Program-made: the position numbers and the translations under genes
Notes under the pieces: generated by a model
Database searches by the model: none
What the model was told of the DNA's origin: nothing
The model's input: the letters and a program-made list of their open reading frames with translations, nothing else
NCBI GenBank assembly: GCA_964016885.1
Contig: OZ024752.1
Span: 23,932,001 to 23,996,000, forward strand
DNA from: Eledone cirrhosa
Lineage: Eukaryota
DNA: 64,000 bases
Reading direction: 5' to 3'
Shown here: piece by piece, positions 38,286 through 50,095 of the stretch
How the letters are laid out: each line of letters starts with the position of its first letter
Numbering within the stretch: position 1 is the first letter of the stretch

Positions 38286-39309
38286 ATGTATGTATATATA
38301 TACACATATATACTTGCTGCATTTTTGTTCTGAAATAGCGACGTATATATGAATGTACGTATTGTATATTTAATAATATACTGTATGTTAATTTAAAAAC
38401 ATTTCGAAGGCCTTTCACTATGAATTTAAGGTATTGACTATAGTCACACACCTGGCTTCAGCAAAACCAAAGGGAAATAACCAACGATTGTTTCTCACTT
38501 TTTAATAGTTATCAAGCTTATATATCCCTTATTTTTGCTGTGAGCTGTAGAAGGTGGATTCTTATAGAATTCCAATTATGTTTATGTGCTGTTTAAACTC
38601 ATTAACATACAGGTTGCCTGAAGCTAGGTATGTGACGTCTGTCACTACCTTAAATTCATAGCGCAAGGCCTTCAAAATGATTTTAGATAAACATACAGTA
38701 TATTATTAAATATACAATACCTACACATATATATATATAAACTTAAGAAAATTAACAAAGTGAGGACGAGACAAATGAAAATAAGGCAAAACAAAATACA
38801 ATTTTTTTAAGGGGAATCCTGAAAGAATAATTTTTTGAAAATCAAAATCAAATGAAAGACACAGAAATCCAGGTTCATCAACCCCTATCAACGGTACTGG
38901 TTTTACACCCGGCGTCACAGCGTCTGTCACAAGCTAATACACTGTCCTGTGGAGTAAGAGATGAGACAACACAATAACTTGTAGCAATTGAGCTATAACA
39001 AGTGGACATGGATTTATCTGCTGTCAGGGAAAAGGTATTGTACTTTAATAGCACAAACTTATGAGTGAAACAAAGAAAAAATTGGAAAAAAGCAAAAAGA
39101 AGAAAGTAAGATATCGTGTTAAAATATGTCATTGAAATTAATGAGGGGCGGGAGAGAACACATTTGTCACTGATTAGTAATGATTAACTTAAGAAAATTA
39201 ACAAAAATGGGACAAAAAAATGAATGAAACAAAACAAAACAGAAAACAATTTTTTAAGAGGAAACCTTAAAATATTATTTCTTGAAAATAAAGATACAAA
39301 CGAAAGATA
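38177..39309. repeat. Left arm of a ~1.15-kb inverted duplication (partner 45946-47201)
   Basis: Reverse-complement match along its length; contains a U3-A8 hammerhead-like motif at 38477-38521 (-). Confidence 0.9.
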
Positions 39310-39556
39310 GTCTGTCGGGCATCCATTCAGCGCTGGTGGTCACAGCACGTCATGCTGTTTTAGCCATAAGATAACGCCATCCCACTGGCTAGGTGGGCAG
39401 GCCGGTACCCCTTCATCTCATTTCTACAGCTGAGTAAATTGGAGCTAGGTGAAATAAAGTGTCTTGTTCAAGGACACAACACATCACCCGGTCCGAGAAA
39501 TGAACTCACAACCTTTCGATTGCAAGCCCAATGCTCTAACCACTAACCCATGCACC
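39310..39556 (-). mobile_element. tRNA-derived SINE
   Basis: Head is the reverse complement of 19320-19465. Confidence 0.8.
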
Positions 39557-39564
39557 TTCTCGAA

Positions 39565-39610
<46 letters not shown>

Positions 39611-39611
39611 G

Positions 39612-40390
39612 TGGGACGGGTCCTTTTCAGCACACCATTTCTCCATTCGTCACGCTCCCTCGTCGTCTCCTCTGTGAAGTTCAGCGATCTGAGGTCAACT
39701 TTTACCACCTCCTCCCATGATTTTCGTCATCTTCCTCTACTGCGTCTTCCTTCCACTGGTATTTCTTGGAACTTCCTTTACCCAGTGGTCATCCTCCATG
39801 CGCATCACATGTCCATACCATCTCAGTCTTCTCTCACGTACACTACAGTCTATCCCTCTTATACACAGTTTCTCTCCCAACTCATCTTTGCTTGGTCATT
39901 CACGCACATTGACATTGCATATCGAACGGAGCATGCTTGCTTCATTTGTCTCCAACCATTGCATAACCTCTGCAGTTGCTGCCCGTGTCTCACTACCATG
40001 CTGCATCGCGCATCTCACACAGGCATCATATAACCAGCCTTTCGTTCGTAGGGAGAAACCCTTCTTTGTCAACAGAGGAAGCAACTCCCTAAACTTCTTC
40101 CAACCCATCCTTATTCTAGATACTATGGCCTCGGAACACCCCCCCCCCCCTGCTAGTCTGATCACCTAGATATCGAAAGCTATCAACCAATTCTATAGAA
40201 CCTACCTGCACTTGAAAAATATGTCCATCACTGCGACTTCTACTGTCAAATGTCCCTGTACATCTACTGCATATGTAGTTGTCCCTACCTGTTAATTTGC
40301 CTGCTATCCCACTACATCTCTTGTGTACCCAAGATCTGCATTGTGTACATTTTATAGAATATATGCCAACTCTTTTTCTACATATCGAAC
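39612..40390 (-). mobile_element. RTE LINE 3' fragment of the 5366-7345 subfamily
   Basis: [28 protein letters not shown] and [12 protein letters not shown]. Confidence 0.85.
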
Positions 40391-40408
40391 ATATATATAT
40401 ATATATAA

Positions 40409-40900
40409 GGTACATGGCTTAGTGGTTAGAACAGTGGGCTTACAATCATAAGGTTGTGAATTCAATTCTCAAACTGGGATTTACATTGTGTCCTTGAGCA
40501 AGGCACTTTATTTCACATTGCTCCAATTCACTTAGCTGTAGAAATGGGTTTCAATGTCACTAGTGCCAAGCTGTATCAGACATTGCCTTTCCCTTGGACA
40601 ACATCATATATAGAGTATATATATGGTATGTATACCGTGTATATACAGAGTATATAGTGTATATATTGAGTATATAGGGTGTATATAGAGAGTATAGTGT
40701 GAATATAGAGTATAGAGGGTGTATATAGAGAGTAAGCTGTATCAACCATTGCCTTTCTCTTGGACATCAGTGATGTAGAGGGGAGACTGGTATATATGGG
40801 GGACTGCTCATCTTCCACAAACAACCTTGCCCAGACTTGTGCCTCAGAGGGGAACTTTCTAGGTACAAATCCCATGCTTATTCGGGACCAAAGGGGGTGT
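40409..40900 (+). mobile_element. tRNA-derived SINE with internal simple-repeat expansion
   Basis: Head tggcttagtggttaga...gaattcaattc. Duplicated aagctgtatca...ttggaca surrounds an AT-rich expansion. Confidence 0.7.
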
Positions 40901-41224
40901 TTATATATATAAATGTTTAATAGAGAAAAGGTTTCTACTGGGTTAGAACTGTCTCATTCATATGTTTTCTGGTGGTTGGGAAAGTTGGTGATTTTGCGGA
41001 TGGAGGTCATTGGCCAAGGGATTTTGAAGGACAGGGATTCTTTGAAATAACTAATTTTAGATACGGACACATATGTCCATACCAACACAGTCTTCTCTCC
41101 TCCACACCACCTCAGATTCCTCTTAAACCCAACTTATCACTCACCTTGTCCAACATCTATCTTTCTGTTACACTTACATTCCACATCAAACAAAACATGG
41201 TTGCTTCATTTCTCTCTGGTCTAC

Positions 41225-41337
41225 ACATGTCCCCTGCAGTCACAGCTCATGTTTCACTACCATGTAGCACCGCATGTCCCCTGCAGTCACAGCCCATGTT
41301 TCACTACCATGTAGCACCACATGTCCCCTGCAGTCAC
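41225..41337. repeat. 48-bp tandem repeat (~2.4 copies) in an old RTE fragment
   Basis: catgtcccctgcagtcacag..catgtttcactaccatgtagcacc repeated. Confidence 0.85.
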
Positions 41338-41339
41338 AC

Positions 41340-44300
41340 CAGTGACCGCCCCCACGCATCACCAGTATTATTATTACGCGGACCAATCATAAGCCAGAGG
41401 CCTATACTATCGCTTGCCTGGTTGCCTTTCGATATATGATGGATGGATGGACTGCGGAATCCTGGAGAGTGGAGGAGAGAGAGAAAAATCTGGACGCTCA
41501 GTGACAATGCCAAAGATAAAGATAAAGACAAATTCACCTCGTGGACGAGAATGCGAGCACTCCTCATTGTTTCTACCGCGGACGGCTAACATAACCCCAT
41601 CGCCCCCCGCCCCCCACCGCCCCAACCCCCAAACGCAATCCAAAACTTCAGAGTTGGTACCATAAATGTAGGCACCCTAAAGGGTCGCGCTAACGAGGTT
41701 GTAGAAATGCTTGAACGTAAGGAGGTCGATGTTTGTTGTATTCAAGAGACCAGGTGGAGGGGTGGGTCTGCTAGATTCATTGAGGGTAAAAAACGATGTT
41801 ATAAGCTTTTCTGGGTGGGAAACGACGATGGGCTGGGTGGAGTAGGAATCATGGTAGCAGAAAAGTGGGCAGATAAGATAATAGACGTAAATAGAGTGAA
41901 CGACAGAATAATTAAAATACGACTTGTCCTCAATAGAACTACGGTGACAGTAATATCTGCGTACGCACCCCAATCCGGACTGCCCGGCACTATAAAAGAC
42001 AGATTCTATGAGACACTGATGCTAACTACCTCCCAAATATCCGACAGTGACTATATAATTATTGCAGGCGACCTAAATGGTCACGTTGGACAACATTGTG
42101 ACGGCTACAACGAAATCCATGGAGGCTATGGGTTTGGTACTAGAAATGAGGAAGGCTCCAGAATCCTGGAATTCTGTGATGCAAATAACCTAACTATCTG
42201 TAACACTAACTTCAAAAAACGTGACAATCACCTGATCACCTATAGATCCGGGGAACACACAAGCCAGGTAGATTATATCCTTACCAGAAGACGTGACAGA
42301 GTGTCTGTTGTAAACACTAAATCCCTCCCCCATGAAGAATGCACCTCCCATCATAGACTGATAATTAGCGACCTCATAGTCAGGACGAGACGTACTCGAC
42401 AGCAGAAGAGGACTATCCTCAGGAGAAAAATATGGAAGCTAAAGGACCCCACAGCCAGAAATAAATTTCAAAGCATATTACTTGATGCTTTCGACAGTAA
42501 GGAAGAACATTTAGAGTCGGACAATATAGAGGGACAGTGGGAATTTCTGAAAGCAAACCTGCTGATGGCGACAGACGAAGTCTGTGGCTGGAGCAGGCCT
42601 GTAGGCAGGAGGAGAGTAACATGGTGGTGGAACAGTAAGGTGGAGGGGTCAATTAAGGCCAAAAAGCAGGCTTGGAAAGTATGGCGGGATGGGGGAAGTA
42701 GAGAAGACTATCAAGTGGCCAGGAGGGAAGCTAGGAGACAAGTGTACTTAGCAAGAAGGGAAGCTGAGGAAAGAAAGTTCAAGCATGTTCTACAACGCGA
42801 GGACCAAAAACGTGAGGTGTTCAGGATTGCTAGGCAATGCGTCAAGGAAAACCGTGATATTGTCGGGGAGAAGTGTGTACTTAACGATGATGGCATACTT
42901 GCCATCACCGACGCTGATAAGAAGGTAGCTTGGAAGTGTCACTATGAAAGGCTACTAAATGAGGAGAATAAATGGGAGAAAGACAGTCTCCCCCATATCG
43001 ACCCAATAGAGGGACCAGCAGTGTTAGTCGAGGGGAGTATAATAAGTAAGGCAATCAAGGATATGAAGACGGGTAAGGCGGCTGGGCCTTCGGAAATAGT
43101 TGCTGAGATGCTGAAGGCAGCTGGCACGGTGGGACACACCATGGTCACCCGCATAGTTAACCAAGTCGTACAGAATGGGGTTGTTCCGAAGGACTGGCAT
43201 AGCAGCATCATCGTTAACTGTTATAAGGGTAAAGGAGACGCCCTAGAAAGGAGTAACTATAGAGGCATTAAATTAATCGACCAGGTCATGAAGGTCACGG
43301 AAAAAGTAATAGCACAACTAATCAGAGAGAGAATTGACCTAGATGAAATGCAGTTCGGGTTTGTGTCAGGCAAAAGTACCACAGACGCTCTTTTCATTGT
43401 ACGACAACTACAGGAGAAGTACCTAGCTAAAGGTAAACCCCTCTACTTAGCTTTTGTCGACTTGGAGAAAGCCTTCGACAGAGTCCCCCGCTCCATTATC
43501 TGGTGGGCTCTTAGAAAACTAGGCGTTGACGAATGGCTTGTGAGAGCTATACAAGCCATGTATAAAGAAACAGTCAGCAAGGTTAGAATTAACAACGAAT
43601 ATAGTGAAGAGTTTAGCGTAAAAGTTGGCGTCCATCAGGGCTCTGTTCTCAGCCCCCTACTATTTATTATTGCCCTTCAGGCTATAACAGAGGAGTTCAA
43701 GACCGGCTGCCCATGGGAACTCCTATACGCAGACGACCTGACACTCATAGCGGAATCAATGGCCGAGCTAGAGAAGAAATTCCAAACATGGAAGCACGGC
43801 CTAGAATCAAAAGGACTTAAAATTAACCTGGCTAAGACTAAAGTTCTAGTTTGTAGGAAAGAAAATAAGGCGGCGGTCCCTTCTGGGAAATGGTCGTGTT
43901 CGGTGTGTAGGAAAGGCGTAGGTAGAAACTCAATTTTATGTCCTAAATGCAAAGTATGGGTGCATAAAAGATGTAGTGGGATCCCAGGTAAGCTAACTAA
44001 GAACATAGATTTTACATGTGGCCGGTGCTCTGGTGCAATAAGTAGCAGCAAGTGCCCACAAAATACTAGCTCTTTCAATTGCGCAGAGGGTTCTATAGAA
44101 ATAGTGGACAGCTTCCGTTACCTGGGTGATAAAATCAGCAGTGGGGGAGGGTGCTCTGAAAGTACAGTAGCTAGAGTCAGAACTGGTTGGAAAAAGTTCA
44201 GAGAGCTTATACCACTATTAGCTGCTAAAGGGTTCTCCCTAAAAATGAAAGGCAGGTTGTACGATGCCTGCATACGAACAGAAATGTTGCATGGCAGTGA

Positions 44301-45086
44301 GACCTGGGCATTGTGTGCAGAGGATATACGCAGACTAGAGAGGAACGAAACTTGCATGCTCCGCTGGATGTGTAACAGTAATATACGTGAACGGCAAAGC
44401 ATAAACGAACTAAGGAAAAAATTAGAAATAAGAGGGATCAGATATTGTTTACTCGAGAGAAGGCTACGTTGGTATGGACACGTGATGCGCATGAAAGTCG
44501 ATAGCTGTATAACAAAGTGCAGGGCAATAAAGATAGACGGTAGCCACGGAATAGGCAGACCTAGAAAAACCTGGGACGAGCTGATAAACTCCGACCTCAC
44601 ACACTTACACCTCTCCAAGACAATGTCACTGGACCGAGACCTTTGGCGGTACTCAGTAACAGAGAAGACCCGCCTTACCTAAATACATAGTAAAACCTAC
44701 TACAGCCAGTAGGCATCTCTAACAAAATACCCCCCGTCCCACCACCACCACCCCACCTCATCCACACCACCCCGTTCTATGTAAAGTTATGTTGGTGCCA
44801 CACCATCCAGGCCGAAACAAATGAGATCGTGTAGGTGTCACGACAAAAAAACACACAGTCCACGCTGTAATGTGGCCGTGTAGGCAACACGGTAAAAACC
44901 TCCCAGACCCACACTGTAAATGTGGTTGGTGTTAGGAAGGGCATCCAACTGTAGAAAACCTGCCAGACAGTCCTATGCGAGCAAGACAATCACTCTTGCC
45001 TCAAGTGGGACTACCCCCGTCCAAACCCATGCAAGCGTGGAACACGGACGTTAAACGTTGATGATGATGATGTTGATGATGATGAT
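41340..45086 (+). mobile_element. Near full-length RTE-clade LINE
   Basis: 5' leader, long APE-RT ORF, 3' UTR and (GAT)n tail. The 5' boundary is approximate and I found no TSD. Confidence 0.95.
41707..44682 (+). CDS. RTE ORF: APE endonuclease, reverse transcriptase and PHD-like Zn finger (991 aa; frame open back to 41590)
   Basis: Uninterrupted ORF with IQETRW, GDLNGH, SHH, FVDLEKAFD, YADD and CxxC..CxxC..HxxC..CxxC. Confidence 0.95.
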   Translation: MLERKEVDVCCIQETRWRGGSARFIEGKKRCYKLFWVGNDDGLGGVGIMVAEKWADKIIDVNRVNDRIIKIRLVLNRTTVTVISAYAPQSGLPGTIKDRFYETLMLTTSQISDSDYIIIAGDLNGHVGQHCDGYNEIHGGYGFGTRNEEGSRILEFCDANNLTICNTNFKKRDNHLITYRSGEHTSQVDYILTRRRDRVSVVNTKSLPHEECTSHHRLIISDLIVRTRRTRQQKRTILRRKIWKLKDPTARNKFQSILLDAFDSKEEHLESDNIEGQWEFLKANLLMATDEVCGWSRPVGRRRVTWWWNSKVEGSIKAKKQAWKVWRDGGSREDYQVARREARRQVYLARREAEERKFKHVLQREDQKREVFRIARQCVKENRDIVGEKCVLNDDGILAITDADKKVAWKCHYERLLNEENKWEKDSLPHIDPIEGPAVLVEGSIISKAIKDMKTGKAAGPSEIVAEMLKAAGTVGHTMVTRIVNQVVQNGVVPKDWHSSIIVNCYKGKGDALERSNYRGIKLIDQVMKVTEKVIAQLIRERIDLDEMQFGFVSGKSTTDALFIVRQLQEKYLAKGKPLYLAFVDLEKAFDRVPRSIIWWALRKLGVDEWLVRAIQAMYKETVSKVRINNEYSEEFSVKVGVHQGSVLSPLLFIIALQAITEEFKTGCPWELLYADDLTLIAESMAELEKKFQTWKHGLESKGLKINLAKTKVLVCRKENKAAVPSGKWSCSVCRKGVGRNSILCPKCKVWVHKRCSGIPGKLTKNIDFTCGRCSGAISSSKCPQNTSSFNCAEGSIEIVDSFRYLGDKISSGGGCSESTVARVRTGWKKFRELIPLLAAKGFSLKMKGRLYDACIRTEMLHGSETWALCAEDIRRLERNETCMLRWMCNSNIRERQSINELRKKLEIRGIRYCLLERRLRWYGHVMRMKVDSCITKCRAIKIDGSHGIGRPRKTWDELINSDLTHLHLSKTMSLDRDLWRYSVTEKTRLT

Positions 45087-45130
45087 ATATAGAAATCACA
45101 TGAATCAAAGTTCTGTTCAAACCATTTATT

Positions 45131-45176
45131 AGCTTACAATTGTTTCGTCCAAACCGAGGTTTGGAGTCTTCGGAGC
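45131..45176 (-). ncRNA. Type I hammerhead-like motif (U4C)
   Basis: gct-CCGAAGA-c tccaaacc tc ggtttgga c-GAAA-caattg-TA-agc. Confidence 0.6.
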
Positions 45177-45471
45177 AATTTTTAATGATTGTTTACATAC
45201 ATGACCTCCTTTCCAACACAAGAGACATACAGAAACATATGTATATATCGATGCACAGTGGGGTGACATCCATTATAATATTTTAGCATGGCAATTTACA
45301 TTCAAAAATTAAAATCATATTAAAAGAAAATTAAAACAAAATTAAAATTAAAATACAACATCGGCAGTTTATAAAGATAATGCAAGAGGATAGTTTGAAG
45401 TAGTTAGTGTATGCAATAGTTACGCGTGGGGCATGCACGTGTGTCTTATTTATATAAGATTATTGTGCGGC

Positions 45472-45797
45472 AAGGTGTTATATGCAATACAAGCACTTTA
45501 AGCGGGTAATCAGGAGTATTATGGGATTTGTATTGGTAACGTATTTTTTATGTATGATAAAGAAGCTTGTGTGCAGAGAAATATTAAAAATGAGAAGCAA
45601 AATAATGTTATGGTTTTTGTATACACCACCATTTTCACAATCCAGGAAACGTAACATATAGATTATATGTCCTTCACATAATTAACGATGATAACGCACA
45701 CAAGCTTCTTTATCATACATAAAAAATACATTACCAATACAACCCCCATAATACTCCTGATTACCCGCTTAAAGTGCTTGTATTGCATATAACACCT
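45472..45797. repeat. ~100-bp inverted repeat (45472-45573 / 45696-45797), PLE-type 5' inversion
   Basis: Reverse-complement match with few mismatches. Confidence 0.85.
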
Positions 45798-45945
45798 TAT
45801 TACATTGAGCTATTTATCCTACTGGTAATAAGGTAGTAATAAATTACTGTCTTTCACTGTTTAGGGTTTAAAATATATTTAACTATAAAAAGTTTTAGTA
45901 TATACATAACCATAAATAGTATCCTTAATACTATATATATATATA

Positions 45946-47064
45946 TATCTTTCGTTTGTATCTTTATTTTCAAGAAATAATATTTTAAGGTTTCCTCTTA
46001 AAAAATTGTTTTGTGTTTTGCTCTGTTTTCATTCATTTTTTGTCCCCATTTTGTTAATTTTCCTAAGTTAATCATTACTAATCAGTGACAAACGTGTTCT
46101 CTCCCGCCCCTCATTAATTTCAATGACATTTTTAACACGATATCTTTCTTCTTTTTGCCTTTTTTTGGTACTTTTTTCTTCCTAACATTTCTGTTTCACT
46201 CATGAGTTTTGTGCTATGAAAGTACAATACCTTTTCCCTGACAGCAGATAAATCCATGCTTACTTATTATGACTCAATTGCTAACATTTATTGTCATCTT
46301 ATCTCTTACTCCGTAGGACTGCGCATTGGCTTGTGTCAGACGCTGTGACTCCAGGTGTACAAGCAATACCGCTGGTAGGGGTTGAACCTGGAAAAATCCA
46401 TCTGAACAGCCAATGAACCTAGAGTTCTGTGTCTTTCCTTCGTATTTTTATTTTCAAAAAATTATTTTTTATGGATTCCCCTTAAAAAAATGGTATTTCG
46501 TTTAGCCTTGTTCTCATTTGTCTGGTCCTCACTTTGTTAATTTTCTTAAGTTTATATATCTAATGGCGGTGCCCCAGCAAGGCCTCAGCCCGATGGCTGG
46601 AACAGGTAAAAGAGTAAAAGAGTATATATATGAATGTAGGTATTTTATATTTAATAATATTCTGTATGTTTATCTAAAAACATTTTGAAGACCTTGCGCT
46701 ATGAATTTAAGGTAGTGACAGACGTCACATACCTAGCTTCAGGCACCCTGTATGTTAATGAGTTTAAACAGCACATAAACATAATTGGAATTCTATAAGA
46801 ATCCACCTTCTACAGCTCACCGCAAAAATAAGGAATATATAAGCTTGATAACCATTAAAAAGTGAGAAACAATCGTTGGTTATTTCCCTTTGGTTTTGCT
46901 GAAGCCAGGTGTGTGACTATAGTCAATACCTTAAATTCACAGTGAAATGCCTTCAAAGTGTTTTGAAATAAACATACAGTATATTATTAAATATACAATA
47001 CGTACATTCATATATACGTCGCTATTTCAGAACAAAAATGCAGCAGGTATATATGTGTATATAT

Positions 47065-47136
<72 letters not shown>

Positions 47137-47201
47137 CTAGTGACCAGTTAATTTTCTTGACTTTTTTAGTTGATTCTATTGACTGATGAATAGCTTTTGT
47201 T
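45946..47201. repeat. Right arm of the inverted duplication of 38177-39309
   Basis: Reverse-complement match; extra SINE-tail-like insert near 46560-46625; hammerhead-like motif at 46839-46883. Confidence 0.9.
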
Positions 47202-47249
47202 TCAGAGCACCAACATAAATATGTGCGTGTGTATATATATATATATATA

Positions 47250-48510
47250 TAATGGAAAAATTTGAACAGGAACAAAACAGAGAGGCAGTACACCGAATGT
47301 TTATTAATTTCACGCTCTGGAGAGTGGGGTGTTGGTGGGGAACGACGTTTCGGGCATAAGCCCTTCCTCAGGTGAGAAGTGTGTGGGAACAGAGTTCAAA
47401 GGGTGTGTAGGGGAGTGGTGGAGAGACATATAGCGAAAGGGAACGGTGCGAATGAAATTAAAAATAAAAATAAAAATAAAGCATGATCAAAATACAAGGA
47501 ATGAAATAAATTTAAATATAAAAGCATGATCAAAATAAACTGAAATTAAAAGGGGGGTAAAACAGGTGGTGGAAGGGTGTGGGGTGTGTAGGGGTGGTGG
47601 CGGGTGGAGTGGGGAGAGGGAGACGGGGTGTCCGTGCGGGGAGGGCTGAAGGTGGTGTGTGTGTGTATGTGAAAGTAAGGGTTGGGGGAAGAACGGGGTT
47701 GCATGTTCAGGAAGAGGTTTGTGTGTGTGTGGGGGGGGGGGGTTGTAGGTCGGAGTGTCTGTGCGTGTGGGGGGAGAGGAATCAGGAGGCTGAGGGTGTA
47801 AATATGTGGTGGAAAGCACGTGTGTGTGGGGTTTAAGCGTGTTGTGGGTGTAGGTGGCGTGTGGAGAAAAAAGGTGATTTTTGGGGTGTGTGTGTGGGTG
47901 AGTTATATAGGTGATTACGTAAGAGAATGGTTGAAAAGTTGGTAAAATCCGATGATGTTTAGTGGATTCTGTGGTGGTCAAGTTCTACGTACGAGTATTC
48001 CATGAAGCGATGGTCGGAAGAGGAGAGATGTGGGGTGCGCGCGCAACAGGAAGTGGTCAAGCAGTGGGAGTGCTGTGTGTCTGTTTGTGCTGGGAGGTGG
48101 TCAGAGGGCATAGCAGCAGTCGGTGGAATGGTAAAGGGGCGAGGATGGGTAGGTGTGAAAGTTGGAGTGAGGAGGGTGTGTGTGTGTGTATTAGTAGAGG
48201 TGTTAGTGGGATGAGTGAGTGTGGAGAGAGGGTGTGGGTGGAGCGGGGAGAGAAGGGTGTGTGTAGTTCTATGGAGGGAGTGTGCTGTACTGGTGGGTGT
48301 GTAGTTTGATGAAGGGGTGTTAGTATACGGGAGGTGGGGAGGGGTTGAATGCAGGTGTGAGTGGGGGTTAGTGGTGGTAGGGTGTGTAGAGTTGGTGGTG
48401 TACGAGGGTGTGTGGGTACGTGTGCGTGGGGTTGGGGGGTGTTAGTGATGTTAGTTGCGTGTGGGGTGGGTGGTGTAAGTGGGTGCGTGTGTTCGAGTGC
48501 TCTGGTGCGT
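47250..48510 (-). mobile_element. Non-autonomous PLE-like element, GT-rich on +, with hammerhead-like motif
   Basis: Direct repeat of 57547-58900. Minus strand CTGAGGA-a-gggc ttat gccc-GAAACGTC at 47341-47374. Confidence 0.65.
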
Positions 48511-48543
48511 TATGGTCCATCTGGTCCCTTACCACAATTCCTT

Positions 48544-48609
<66 letters not shown>

Positions 48610-48641
48610 AGATCAAAAGATGGTTAAAGGAGTTCCATGTA

Positions 48642-48708
48642 TTTTATTATGCGCATTTCAAAAACAAACATCATCATGCAATAATATTTGTGTTTTCATC
48701 AGATAAAA
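48642..48708 (-). ncRNA. Type I hammerhead ribozyme, canonical core
   Basis: ttttat-CTGATGA-(long stem II)-GAAA-tgcgca-TA-ataaaa. Confidence 0.85.
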
Positions 48709-48787
48709 CAGGAGAACATGATATGAGTGCTTCTTATCCGATATCTGCATTGCTTTATTGTACTACAATAAAACTCACCTCCTACAC

Positions 48788-48851
<64 letters not shown>

Positions 48852-48986
48852 TACGTTATTCCGGGTTGAATCGGAGGTAACCACAGTAAGTAAGGTACTC
48901 AATACATTGCAGAGTATAAAAGTTTTAATATAGATGAGATTCTACAGTACTAGAACTGTATCATTCTTTAGAAATCACCAGGAATC

Positions 48987-49047
48987 AGATGAGATTCCTG
49001 ATGATTTCTAAAGAATGAAACAGTTCTAGTCCTGTAGAATCTCATCT
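48987..49047 (+). ncRNA. Type I hammerhead ribozyme, canonical core
   Basis: agatgagattc-CTGATGA-tttctaaagaat-GAAA-cagttctagtcctg-TA-gaatctcatct; 11-bp perfect stem I. Confidence 0.85.
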
Positions 49048-49094
49048 ATATATATATATATATACACATATACATATATATATATATACACACA

Positions 49095-49179
<85 letters not shown>

Positions 49180-49187
<8 letters not shown>

Positions 49188-49474
49188 ATGTAATAAACAA
49201 CATAAGGCAATTATTCCATTTACCAGTGGTTTCTTAAAAGCAAAAGGTTTTGCTTTCAATCCTCAGAATGAAAAATCCTGGTTTGTTTATTGAATATGGA
49301 TTCTAAAAACAAAAATGCAATCTATATGAAAGTGAGGCTGGAAAAGGGAGAAGGAAAGGAAAAATAAAATAAAATAAAACTACACATGCAAACACACACA
49401 AAAAAACACAAAAGCAAACTTACACACACACACATATATACACATATAATTTGCACGCATACACATATACACAT

Positions 49475-49519
<45 letters not shown>

Positions 49520-49578
49520 GAGCGTACACCTACACACACACATACACATATATACACACATATACACATACATATATT

Positions 49579-49622
<44 letters not shown>

Positions 49623-50024
49623 GAGGCGCTTGCCTTAACTCTAAGACTGAGATCTTCAGATGCTGTCCTCATCTGAAATCGCATCTGATCTGTAACTGGA
49701 TTGACACTCCTACGATAAATCAACCGCCTTGAACTCCTTCTCTGCTCTTTACTTTCGCTACGGCTTTTATTTTGCTGCTTCTACCTTCTGTACTTTTGAT
49801 TTTTAAAAAATGTTTTTCTCCCTACCTCCCCTTATATTTTTACCTCCTCTTAGCCCCCCCCATATATTCTTTTTGTTTTGCCCTTCACATACCTATGTGT
49901 ATGTGTATGTATTTTTGTGTGTATATATGTATATGTGTACGTATATGTTTGTGTATGTATATATATATGTGTATGTATGTATGTATGTGTATGTATGTGT
50001 ATATATGTGTATGTATATATGTCT

Positions 50025-50095
<71 letters not shown>

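Noticed and set aside
47170-47201. CTGATGA hammerhead half-core (also 38177-38205, minus)
   Set aside because: No downstream GAAA or stem III could be built, so it was not counted as a ribozyme.
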